Of a DNA stretch of 64,000 bases, positions 41,860 through 53,354 are shown piece after piece. The DNA lies in contig OZ024742.1 of NCBI GenBank assembly GCA_964016885.1, positions 68,758,001 through 68,822,000 on the forward strand, in the 5' to 3' direction. The stretch is from Eledone cirrhosa. Taxonomy: Eukaryota. Positions within the stretch are counted from its first letter, which is position 1. Every line of letters begins with the position of its first letter. The position numbers and the translations under genes are program-made. The notes below the pieces were generated by a model. It was not told where the DNA came from. It was given only the letters and a program-made list of their open reading frames with translations, and did not search any database.

Positions 41860-42620
41860 AGAGGCATCGGACCAGAAAAATCCTGTGGTATAAGCCCCCT
41901 TACTCCACTGGCCTGACCACTAGTATAGCTAAGGTTTTCTTTAGGGCCTTAGACAAATGCTTCCCTAGATCACACAGATACTATAAAATATTCAATAGGA
42001 ATACCATTAAGCTGTCCTACCCCACAACCAGTAACATAGCTCAGAATATAGCTAAGATGAATTATAGTAGACTTAGGACAGCCCAAGGCGGGATGAGACA
42101 TGGCAGAACTAATGGCAGCTCTATAGATGAACGGACTCATACACGTGAGGCGAGTCGGGTCACCCCAACTCCTGCGAACTTACCCATAGAGCAGACAAGA
42201 ACTGAGACCCGACCCCAGAGGTACCGTTGTTCCTCTGGAACTACATAGGTCGATAACAGAAAATGTAATTGCAGGAACACCGCCACGTGCTCCATGGCTG
42301 GGAAATGCCTCACCAAAAACATAGTCTACGACTGTAAGGTCTCCACTTTAGATAGAATCTTCAGGTATGTTGGGGCAACTGCCACTGAATTTAAGGATAG
42401 ATGGTATAATCACCACCATACCTTTAATAGATTAGATTAAAAAATAGCATGGCGCTTTCTGAATTAGTCTGGAAGCTTAAACAACAGAATATAGAGCACT
42501 CTTTATCCTGGTCCATAATTTGCTCAGCCATATAACGGCAGCACTAGCGTCTGTAATTTATGTATAGCTAAAACATTTAATATTATTAGAGGCAGCCCCC
42601 TATTAATCAATAGGAGATCT
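41860..42620 (+). pseudogene. PLE linker and GIY-YIG endonuclease (Nematis-like CNCR..C..GKC type), disrupted
   Basis: RKILWYKPPYS...KIFNRNTIKLSY, then KCNCRNTATCSMAGKCLTKNIVYDCKV..RYVGATATEFKDRWYNHHHTF at ~42261-42425, then W.LK and CNLC. The clade assignment is from memory. Confidence 0.85.
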
Positions 42621-43869
42621 TTTCAGATTTTTTCAGCAACTGCCAACATAGAACCTCAAAAACTTCCGCAGGATTTTTGGAAAGTAACTTACCACTAACT
42701 CCTCCCTCTCTACCTTAGCCATAGAGTTCTCTCAATTAGCAAAAAACAGACAATCACACACTCAGGTAGTTAGACAGCTAAGATCGTTTGCGCACTTACA
42801 AACGGTACTCGGCCTGTTTCCACAAAGTTGTCACAGCTGAGTGCACATTAGAATACCTAGTTAGTAAATAGTTAGAATGATTACACACTCAGGTAAGACC
42901 GATTACGCGCATTCACCATTACTTTAGGATACGCTAACCATTGAGTTCTCTCGGTTATGATATAGCTAGACGTATTACACACTCAGTTAAGACTGATTAT
43001 GCTCTCTATACATAACTCTACACACAGTACCCGGTTTCTTTAGACACTGAGTTCCCACAGTTATTACTGGTCACGTTCCTATCGATTGAACACTACACTA
43101 GGTTTTGATCCGTGATCATCTAACCATGGAGTGCTCACGGTTACTGATTGGACAATATTATTTACACACCATTAATGGGCCTACACACATCCTCTGGGTT
43201 TTGCTATTCTTTGTTATTATATTTTACCTTTTGTGTTGGATAGCACACCCCCACCACTCAAACACCTATCTTAAAAGCCCAAGGGCCCATATGACGGGAA
43301 ATCGCACATACTGACACCTTAACCCAAATACCCAACCCAACACAGAGCCCCTTGGTGGCCTACATAGTGGTTGCTTGCACACACAGATTTGGGGACTCAG
43401 ATTCTCAATGGGACAACGGCACATGCTGAGTTCGATATGAGCTGACTACTTGCTCTTCACATGGATGTGTATATACCATAACATACACTATTTGGAGATA
43501 CGGATGTTACAATTCAATCTATACACGTTTAGCAGAACATTGAACTGAACTTACTTGCGTGTGTATAGGGTTGCGGTTGACCCAATTTTTCCAACTCTTT
43601 TGGATAGCAGAACATTGAACTGAACTTACTGATCAGTGATAATCGATCATGACTATACGATTGATCTATCTCTTATTGAAACATGTGTCGTGATTAAAAT
43701 GATTGGAAATGTATACCATTCCTTCGGATCTTTATTTTGATATAAATACTCCGTTTTACATCATCTAGCTGTTCCCATAAATGGAATTGGAGATATACAA
43801 AAGTGTGGAGAACTTAATATTGCTAACAAATTTATTGGACCTTTTGGCACAACTAATAATACACTTTAC

Positions 43870-44097
43870 TAAATAACATAGTCCACGCTGTAATGTGGCC
43901 GTGTAGGCAACACGGTAAAAACCTCCCAGCCCCACACTGTAAATGTGGTTGGTGTTAGGAAGGGCATCCAACTGTAGAAAACCCGCCAGACAGTCCTATG
44001 CGAGCAAGACAACCACTCTTGCCTCAAGTGGGAAAACTCCCGTCCAAACCCATGCAAGCGTGGAACATGGACGTTAAACGATGATGATGATGATGAT
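43870..44097 (+). mobile_element. RTE lineage-A 3' UTR fragment
   Basis: Matches 35620-35843; (GAT)n tail. Confidence 0.85.
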
Positions 44098-44115
44098 ATA
44101 TATATATATATATAA

Positions 44116-44487
44116 AGGCACATGGCTTAGTGGTTAGAGCATTGGGTTTGCAATCGTCAATTCTCAGACCGAGTGATGTGTTGTTTCCTTGAGCAAGACA
44201 CTTTATTTCACATTGCTTCAATTTACTCAGCTGTAGAAATGAGATGATAGGACTGGGGTCCCTATCATTCTACTGTAAAGTGGACGTGTAGGCACCACAG
44301 AAAAAAAGCACCCAGCACTCACTGTAAATGAGGTTGGTGTTAGGAAGGGCATCCAACTGTAGAAATCAAGCCAGAATCATTTCCCGTATGAGCAAGACAA
44401 GGTCAGCCGACCGGACACTGCCCACAACAGGACAACCCGTCTAACCTATGCTAGTGTGGAAGAACGGACGTAAAACAGTAATGATGA
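44116..44487 (+). mobile_element. tRNA-derived SINE with RTE lineage-A tail
   Basis: Same head, core and hairpin as 5657-6046, but ends ccgtctaacctatgctagtgtggaagaacggacgtaaaac..gatgat. Confidence 0.82.
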
Positions 44488-44553
44488 TATATATATATAT
44501 ATGTATATCACAGAAAAAAAGAGAATCAGTGTTGCGACGAATGGAATTTATTG

Positions 44554-44649
44554 GACATATTACAATCGTTTCTCTGGCGACCAGCTCGAGGCATGATCGA
44601 TTTGATGATCGAACCTGACTCTGAAAATCGCACGGTCCTCAGATACATC
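44554..44649 (-). ncRNA. Type I hammerhead ribozyme motif with extended stem II
   Basis: Minus strand: stem I gatgtat/atatgtc (7 bp with G-U pairs), CTGAGGA, long stem II, GAAAC-gatt-GTA, and AATAAA just downstream. The base of stem II is mismatched. Confidence 0.65.
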
Positions 44650-44683
44650 TTGATTCTACAAAACAGATTTTCCTATATATATA

Positions 44684-45530
44684 CAGGGTGCGGACGATAT
44701 TTGTTCGCAATTTTCAACTGTTAATTTTATGCAAATTTTTTTTACTTCTGTTGTCACTCTTGTTTTCATAAAAACAGTGACTATATTTCCATTATTTATT
44801 TTCAGAATAATTGATTATGAATAATTTTGAACCTCCAAATTTGAATCCGCGCCGGGAGGACAAATAAGACCAGAAGATCAACTCCCAGAACAACAGGTAG
44901 CTCGCCGTCTCATCCAAAGACGTGCCCAGAGTCATGCAGACAAAGTTTCCAGCGACAGCATTGGTCTTAGGTGTTGTCAGCAGTCAAGGTGACGTCATAC
45001 CACCTCACTTCTTCCCTGAGGGCCTCAAGCTGAACACCGATGGCTACATCCGCGTTCTGAGCGAGGTAGTAAAGCCCTGGATCGACCAGGTAGCTGCAGG
45101 TAAGCCGTACGTGTGGCAGCAAGACTCAGCGCCCTGCCATACCAGCCGAAAGACCCAAGCCTGGCTGTCAGAGAACTTCGTCGACCACACTTCACCTGAC
45201 ATCTGGCCTCCCAGCTTGCCTGACTGCAACCCCCTCGACTTCTTTGTGTGGGGCGCAGTGGAACGAGACACCAACAGATCTAGCTGCAATACGAAAGACG
45301 ATCTGAAGGCCAGGATCACAAGTCGGGGACAGTGACGAAGGCCTGTAGCCGGTTCCGAGGCCACCTTGAGGCCGTCATCAAAGCCAATGGCAGGTTTATC
45401 GAGTGAGATCGAAAGAACACATCATGAAGACTAACTGACCCAAATTTGATAAATAAATCTTTAAAAATATAACTACTGTGTTATTTTTTCCTAGATAGTA
45501 ATCTTGCAAACAAATATCGTCCGCACCCTG
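44684..45530 (+). mobile_element. Internally deleted maT (DD37D) Tc1/mariner transposon
   Basis: TIRs cagggtgcggacgatatttgtt.gcaa at 44684 and inverted ending at 45530; TA context. ORF 44922-45335 has QQD-x37-D (WPPSLPDCNPLD). Confidence 0.92.
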
Positions 45531-45542
45531 TGTATATATATA

Positions 45543-45745
45543 TTTCCTTGTTTGTTTACTGTCTCGCTCGCTTTACGCGATTTACTTGTCCCAATAGCTT
45601 TATTTAGCTATTGCTCGCACCAATCAGAGGTATATGATTTTTAAAGCGATGAAATACCAATGAAGGTTGGAAAATCACTGACGAAGGACTATTTTTATCA
45701 TATGTAACCCATGTGCAACCATGCAGTATTCTTTCTTCATGTTTT
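45543..45745 (+). mobile_element. Short TA-flanked repeat with a CTGAYGA half-hammerhead
   Basis: A second copy at ~52670-52750 plus 53041-53160 is split by an RTE tail insertion. Confidence 0.65.
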
Positions 45746-45838
45746 TTATATATATATATATATATAAAGAAAAAGAGATGAAATCGAAAATGCAACTGGA
45801 GTCTTATTTTTTTTTAAAATATATATATTTATTTGGTT

Positions 45839-45876
45839 CCTTTACCGGTTTCGCAGTTCTTCTGCTTTTCAAAAGG
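45839..45876 (-). ncRNA. Minimal type I hammerhead motif with two core substitutions
   Basis: Minus strand: cctt-TTGAAAA(for CTGANGA)-gcag-aagaa-ctgc-GAAAC-CG-GTA-aagg, then AATAAA. Confidence 0.6.
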
Positions 45877-46511
45877 TGAGTTGAGATGGAGGGTCTAATA
45901 TTTGAAGTTCTAGTCAAACTTTAATTAGTTACCTACCTAGCTATGTGTGCCTACATTCTTTACAAATTATTCCCTGTGATTGTTTCATGTATTTATTTTA
46001 TATATATATATATATATATATATGTTAATCTATTTCTAGTTGATATATATATATATATATATATTAGTAATGAAGAAGTTTATTTAAATATTACATCATT
46101 TTATTGCTTACTTTTTTACTGTTATATATATGTCGATGTTATCTATAATGTAATAGATTCAACCTCATCAGGCACCTATTGTGTAATCATTTATTCAATG
46201 TGTGATATGTCCCAGGCATGTTCTGATGTAACTCGTCTATTATCTTGCTAACATGGATTCAGTATAAGATATACAACTAACATCACTAGTTTAGGTTTAT
46301 TCCTTCTATCAGATTGGTTGATTCTCAATCCTAATCATTCAGTTTTTGGTTGAATGTTAATTTGACCTAAAGTCAGAATTAGTTCAAGGACTGGTCAGAA
46401 ATGTTTTTGAAGAATATGTTTTCACTGCAAGGGGTTGTTTTTCTCCACATTTCATTGAGTTTGTGGGATTAATGCCATTGTGCAACAAATTTAAGTTTCA
46501 AGTTCTTATTA

Positions 46512-47552
46512 TCCGACCATCTTGCTCAGGATCTACCCCTGGGTCTCCTACCTGTTGGTTTAGCCCGTAAAATCTGTCGAGCAATTCTTTCCTGAGTCAT
46601 TCTAACCACCTCGATTCAGAGAAGTAGCGGCTCTACCTGGAGTACCTCTCTGATCTATGTACTCTATTGAGTAAAGTTACTCCAAAGACCCTTCAGAGGA
46701 ACCCCATTTCCACCACTTGTATTTACAATCGTATTCTTTCGGTCATTACCCAAGATACATGACTATAGGCAAGAGTTGGTACAAATACTGAATTGAAGAT
46801 AGCGAGTTTGGCTTTTATACCTACCTATCGACCTCCCTTCTGATTACCGAATGCTGAAGCTGGCACATTATTGCACCAGCTCCTGCAATTCTTGTACTTA
46901 ATTCAGCCTCCTGGCTTCCGTCACTTATAAACACGACCCCAAGATACTTGAACTTCTCCACCTGTTTCAATGGAACTCCATTCACCTGTTGAGTGCACTT
47001 TGCAGGCTCCTTGGAGAGGATGGGTATCTCAGTTTTCACAGCATTGATTGCCATTCCAGCCATGCAGCACTCGGCATCAAATATATCAAGAGCAAGTCAA
47101 AGATCACTTTCTGTCGAGTTAAGTAACTCCATGTCGTCTGTACATTCCAGCCAACTGATTTTACACCTGACAGTTGCGATACCACTCCCAACTCAGCTGT
47201 GCATGTCCATCCAGTTCATGAAAATAATGAACAAGAGAGGTAACAGTATGCACACTTGGAAAAGTTTCCGACTCCCACATTGAATGGTTTCGATTTAGCA
47301 CCATTTATGCGAACACAAATACTTGGGCAATAGTATAGAGAGTTCAGGGCAGCAAGAAGCTGACTATCAATCCCATACTCCTGCACAACCTTCTACAGTA
47401 GGTTACGAGGAACACGATCATATGCCTTTTCGAGGTCTAACATCCATGAGCTTCTCTGGTCTCACTTTGGAATCCAGCCAGATCAATTGGAGATGGCTGC
47501 TTCTGACAGGACCTGCCCTCACAACCCTCTCCGGAATAAGTGGTTGAAGAAA
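46512..47552. mobile_element. Expander-like RTE LINE with 5' inversion and 12-bp TSD
   Basis: Minus-strand body runs from DLEKAYDRVPR (47438) through KFKYLG to GRRPRGR..RWSD (46512). The plus-strand 3' end NIHELLWS..gaagaa starts at 47439. aagttcttatta occurs at 46500-46511 and 47553-47564. Confidence 0.82.
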
Positions 47553-48049
47553 AAGTTCTTATTAGGAAGGTAGTAGTATCAGTAGCAGTAATAGTGGCAG
47601 CAGTATTATAAGAAGTAGTATCGGTAGTAGTAGTAATCCCAATTATTTCAATGTCAATTTATTCACTACCACAAATCCACTCATAATTAGAAATTAAAAA
47701 AATTAGATGAAGTGAAAAATGATTAAGGATATAGCTATGAAAATAGGATATCACTGTTTTATGAACATTGCCAGTTGTGCCATTGTTAGCATATTGTCTA
47801 TAGTAACTTAGGTTAAGTAGGTGTTATTATCTACAATAGTTAGTGTAGATTCTAGTGTAGCTAGAGGTATATATTTAAGTCTATCATGATGTGCTATACT
47901 ATCATTTCTATACTTGTGGTTAGTGCGTGTATGTGAGATGGTAAACCCTTGTGGTTCTGTTTATCACTTATTATGGCTTTTGTGCGGTAAGACACTCAGG
48001 GATATTCCTAATTTATAATACTTATGGAGGGTGAGGGTTATCAGTTACT

Positions 48050-48850
48050 GAAGCTACCTAGAATTATCTTGCATATCACTTGAGGAAAGTTCCCAATGTT
48101 AGGTGTAGATAAGCACCAAAGAAGTCTGCCCCTCTGTTAATTAGTTGTGGTCTATGTTTAAGGATTTCACTTATAGATTACATATAGAGAACTGACCACA
48201 GTCAGAGGGCATCTCATGTACCTTAGACCATTTAAGTGAATACTGCATTCCATTTACTTTGAGCTTCCATATTAGCTCAAAGTGGGCTGTGCATTTGCAC
48301 TTCTACTCCTTTTTAAAGGTGTGGCAGTGGTTATACCAATGGTCCTTAAATGTGGTCGATGTCATCCAACATATGTGTATGTCAAGCTGTTGGTGGTAAC
48401 CCAACATTGGTATACCATATTCTTACAAAGGCATTCATCATCCAGTGGGCATGCATTGGGGTTCCTGCAGTTACACTGCCTGTTCATCCAAGGTGGGTTG
48501 GTCTCTGTTGGGTCTGTATAGCTTGGCCCAATTCCTCAGTTTACTTTTCACAGCATCACTAGTGTGTATAGCTCTATTGGATATAGTCTGGTTCATGTTA
48601 ATAATGTCTAGTTTGTGTCTATGGTTCCTTCACCTAGCATTATTAATTCTAGCTATGTATTGGGCTAAGTTGCAGGTCTATATGAGGGCTTAATTGTGTG
48701 TCTATTAAATATAATGTAGTACCTAAGTGTCCTACGGAAACATCTGTCAAACACTTTGAAGAAAGCTTACAACATTGGTCCGGAATCCTGCTGAATATCG
48801 TGGATTATTTTTTTGTATTAATTTCTTTTGTTGGTGGGCCTATGTAATGC
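48050..48850 (-). pseudogene. Older Penelope-like relic (linker + GIY-YIG)
   Basis: Minus strand CNCRNPNACPLDDECLCKNMVYQCWV..TYVG..TTFKDHWYNH and RYYIIFNRHTIKPSY are homologous to 41860-42425. Confidence 0.8.
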
Positions 48851-49367
48851 TCTATCATATGTTGCTGTGTTGGTTTATGCATTCACATCTAATATCTACT
48901 CTACTTATATTAATCCTATTGGTTGGTACTATTTGTCTACCCTTAGTCTATTGCTATCCAAGATAATGGCAAACATTGATACAGATGTCACCAGTCATAT
49001 TGCAGGTAAACTCAAAAGGTCAAAAGAAACACTGCAAGGTAACATGCCAATGCTCTAACAGTTATGCCAATCAACCACCCTGGACTGGTACTTCAACAGC
49101 CCCAAAAGAATAAAAGGTAAAGTTGCCCTTGGTGGTAAAGAGCTGAAAACATTTAACCCAACACTGTAACAAGTCTGCCAATTCCCCACATTGCACATAC
49201 ACACACACATATTGTCATCATTATTTGTTCAAGTTGGCATGGGTTGGATAGGCTGTCAGAATCTGAGACAGGGTGTGCCATATAACCAAGTCTTGCTCAT
49301 ACATTCCATATTTTGGAATAGCTTCTATGACTGGATGCCCTTCATAACTAACCACTTTACAGAGTGT

Positions 49368-49417
<50 letters not shown>

Positions 49418-49419
49418 TT

Positions 49420-49810
49420 ATCATCGTTTAACATCCATTTCCCATGCTATCATGGGTTATACAGGTTGTCCCATTTGAGGCAAGTTTAGTCAGGTAGCTG
49501 TGTCTTACTCATATAGAACTGGTTCTGGCTAGATTTCTATGGATGGATGCCCTTCCTAATGCCAACCACATTTGCAGTGTGTGCTGGGTGCTTTTTGTCA
49601 TGGCACCTACACAACCACTTTACAGTATGGGCTGGATATGCTTTGTTTACAGTGTAAGGACAGTGTGAAGAAGAGTGGGTGGATAGGGGTATAGTGGGGT
49701 TAAGAGGTGCCTGCTAGATGTATGTTTGAGTCTGTGTGCATGGCAAGGCATGTCTTCTGTATTACTGCATAACGCCAAAGATCTTCATCCCGTGTCATTG
49801 TCTTTGAGAT
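49420..49810 (-). mobile_element. Decayed RTE lineage-A 3' end
   Basis: catcgtttaacatcc..ccatgcta, ggatgcccttcctaa, tcttctgtattactgc. Confidence 0.75.
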
Positions 49811-51235
49811 GCTGGAAATAACACAAGGAAACTAAACTATAGAGGTAAATATAAAGAAAAAGTAGCACAGAGATAATAGTGTAACAAACTAAGAGGATAG
49901 ATGAATGAAAGACACATAACAGAGACCACCTGGTCAACAGCTATTTTAGACATCTCCACAAACACTAGCAAAGGTATCACTGTACCATTAAGTCGTAATA
50001 TGCAGATCTTAACACAGATTACAAACTATTTGTCTAATAAAATAGGATCATCATCATCATTTTACACTTGCTTTCCATGCTTGCATGGGCTGGATAGGTT
50101 ATCATGATTTGTGACTGGTTGTGTTGAAGAATCTTGCTTCACTTGTACATACCATTTTGACAGGATCTCTACAGCTGGAAAACTTTGCTAATAATAGTCA
50201 CCTTACAGAATGGACTACATGCTTTTTTATCATAGCTCCTGAGCTCTACCACCTTACAGAATAGGCTGGATATATTTTATTGTGGCACCAGCAAAAGAAA
50301 AGACATGAGAGTTTTCTCAACACTACAAGATCTCAGTTCAGTTGCTACCACTTTGCAGAGTGTGCTGGTTACATTTTATTGTGGCAGTAGCACCACTGAA
50401 TTTACCTTGGGGATCTGTGTATTTTCACTAAAGTGGGAATTACAAAAAAATTTCCTTAATCACTTGTTCAATCCGAAGCCTTAGGATAAACTACATTCTT
50501 GATAATAAAGCACCTGCTGCTTGATACATTTTTCCTGAGTTGTCTCACAGAAAAGATTATGTATGTAGTAATCCTCACTAATCTAAAACTAGGTTCGAAA
50601 TTGTATTGTAAATAGCAAGAAGTGGCTCCTGGTCCATCTGTTCTACCCCTGCTAACATGGAAAAACAGTAATTAAACAGTCAATGCAAAAGAGATTAACA
50701 TTCATTAACTATTTCAACATCAGTCGAGATAAACCTTGCCAACAAACTTGAAGTAAGTGGTACCATTAAAATTATTACATACAGATTTAAATCTTTGGTC
50801 TTTGTCTATTGAGACAAGAATTTAACTCAATCTGTTTGCTACCAGATTAGGTATGGCAGATGAAAACTTTGTCCTCATTTTGAAGCAGTTCCATTGTGAT
50901 ACTCTCTAAACCTAGCAACTTGCTGGTATTTTTTTCTTGTTTAACATCCCTTTTCCACGCTAGCATGGGTAGGACAGGCTGACCCTTTGAGAGAGAATCG
51001 GGTCAGAGGACTGTGTTTCGCTCACCCGGGGCTGATTTAGGCTTGATTTCTACAGCTGGATGCCCTTCCTAATGTGAACCACAATTACAGGAGAGGCAAC
51101 GTGAAATAAAGTGTCTTGCTGAAGGACATAATGCATCGATCGGTCCAGGAATCGAACTCACAACCCCACGATTGCAAATCCAATTCTCTAACCACTCAGC
51201 CACACGCCTTCACACACACACACACACACACATAT

Positions 51236-52508
51236 ATCATCATCATTATTTTACGTCCGTTTTTCCCTGCTTGCAAGGGTGGGACGGGTCTTATTCAGCA
51301 CAGCATCTCTCCACTTGTCACGGTCCTTCGTCATCTCTACCGTGAGGTTCAGCGATCTGAGGTCTGTTCTCACCACCTCCACCCATGTTTTTCGTGGTCT
51401 ACCTCTACCACGTCTTCCTTCAACTGGAATTTCCTGGCACTTCTTCACCCATCGGTCATCCTCCATGCGCATCACATGTCCATACAACCGCAGTCTCCTC
51501 TCTCGCACACTACATTCTATCCCTCTCAGACACAGTTTCTCTGTCAACACATCCATGCTGGGTCATTCACGCTCATTGACATTGCACATCCAACGGAGCA
51601 TGCTTGCCTCATTTCTCTCCAGCCGTCGCATATCCTCTGCAGTTGCAGCCCAAGTCTCACTACCATGCAGCCTCACGCTCCTCACACAGGCATCATATAA
51701 CCGGCCTTTCGTACGCAGGCAGAAGAAGCAGCTCGCTAAACTTCTTCCAACCCATCCTTATTCTAGATACTATGGCCTTGGAACAGCCCCCTCCTATGCT
51801 AATCTGATCTCCTAGGTACCGGAAGCTATCCACCACTTCTATAGCACCCGCTTGCATTGGAAAAATGTGTCTATCAATGCGACTTCTGTCTAATTTCCCT
51901 GTACATCTACTGCATACATATTTCTCCCTACCTGTTAGCTTGCCTGCTATCCCACTTCATCTCTTGTGTACCCAGGATCTGCATTGTGTGCATTTTATAG
52001 AATTTATGCCCATTCCTTTTCTGCATATCGAACATGGCCATTTCCCTGACAGAGTTTTGTCCTCTTTTCTACTCATTAACACTTTTGTCTTAGCTAGGTT
52101 CACTCTCAGTCCTCTTGCTTCCAACTGCTGTTTCCATAGACAGAATTTATTCTTTAGCTCCTCTACTGATTCTGCTATAAGAACCAGATCGTCAGCATAG
52201 AGAAGTTCCCATGGACAGCCAGTCTTAAACTCCTCTGTTATGGCTTGGAGGACTATAATGAACAAGAGCAGGCTGAGGACCGAACCTTGATGTACTCCTA
52301 CTTGTATCTGGAATTCCTCACTAAACTCCATTCCTACCCTGACTTTACTGACAGCACCTCTGTACAAAGTTTGCACTGTCCTCACAAGCCATTCCTCAAC
52401 ACCTAGTTTCCTTAGGGACTACCAGATGACAGATCGGGGTACCCTATCAAAGGCCTTCTCTAGGTCAACAAAGGCTAAGTATAGTGGCTTATTCTTCTCT
52501 AAGAACCA
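51236..52508 (-). mobile_element. 5'-truncated RTE lineage-B LINE
   Basis: ORFs 51957-52385 (YADD, Cys finger) and 51251-51556; GAT tail; TA flanks. Confidence 0.93.
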
Positions 52509-52749
52509 ATATATATATATATATATATATAAATTCTTTCCTTACTAACATTTCGACCAGGTTTGATGGTCTTTATTATCTCTTGTCCACGATTTCACAG
52601 AACTTATGTTCATCGATTTCAGGGACTTGACTCCTTCTTCCTCACTTTTCGTTGCATTACCATCTTTGATTGTTTGCCGTCTCGCTCGTTCCCCTTATTT
52701 ACGTGTCCCAATGACTTTCTTTAGCCGTTGCTCGCACCAAACGGAGGTA

Positions 52750-53040
52750 TCATCATCATCATCACCGTTTTACATTCGTTCTTCCATGCTAGCATGGGTT
52801 AGACGGGTTGTCCTGTTGTGGGCAGTGTCTGGTCGGCTGACCATGCCTTGCTCATACAGGAACTGATTTGGCTTGATTTCTACAGCTGGATGCCCTTCCT
52901 AACACCAACCTCATTTACAGTGAGTGCTGGGTACTTTTTCCGTGGCGCCTACACGTCCACTTTACAGTGTGGGCTGGGTGCTTTTTTGCCGTGGCACCTC
53001 CACGACCACCTTGCAGTGGGAGGGTGTGGGGGCATATTGT
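52750..53040 (-). mobile_element. RTE lineage-A 3' UTR fragment inserted into a short repeat
   Basis: Near-identical to 57717-58010; the flanks rejoin to match 45620-45650. Confidence 0.85.
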
Positions 53041-53307
53041 CAATATGGTCTTTAAAGCGATGAAATACCAATGAAGGTTGGAAGATCACTGATGAAGGAC
53101 TAAATTTATTCATATGTAACCCATTTGCAACCATGCAGCACGCCATGTTATCATATTCATATATATATATAGTGTTTACTCTAGATGAAAATGTATTACT
53201 TTTCACACCATTGATTGAGTGCTTTGTGACTGCCTCTAACAACTTGATTGGTATCTGCTATAATGCAGCTACAACTTCAATTTATACCCATTATTATTAT
53301 TACTATC

Positions 53308-53354
<47 letters not shown>

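Larger units (their letters stand above)
38438..43740 (+). mobile_element. Penelope-like element with inverted 5' pseudo-LTR (38438-~40312)
   Basis: The left arm is the reverse complement of ~41325-41933 plus ~42860-43740. Both ends terminate in tcaaaataaagatccgaagg / ccttcggatctttattttga. RT and GIY-YIG regions lie inside. Confidence 0.92.
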
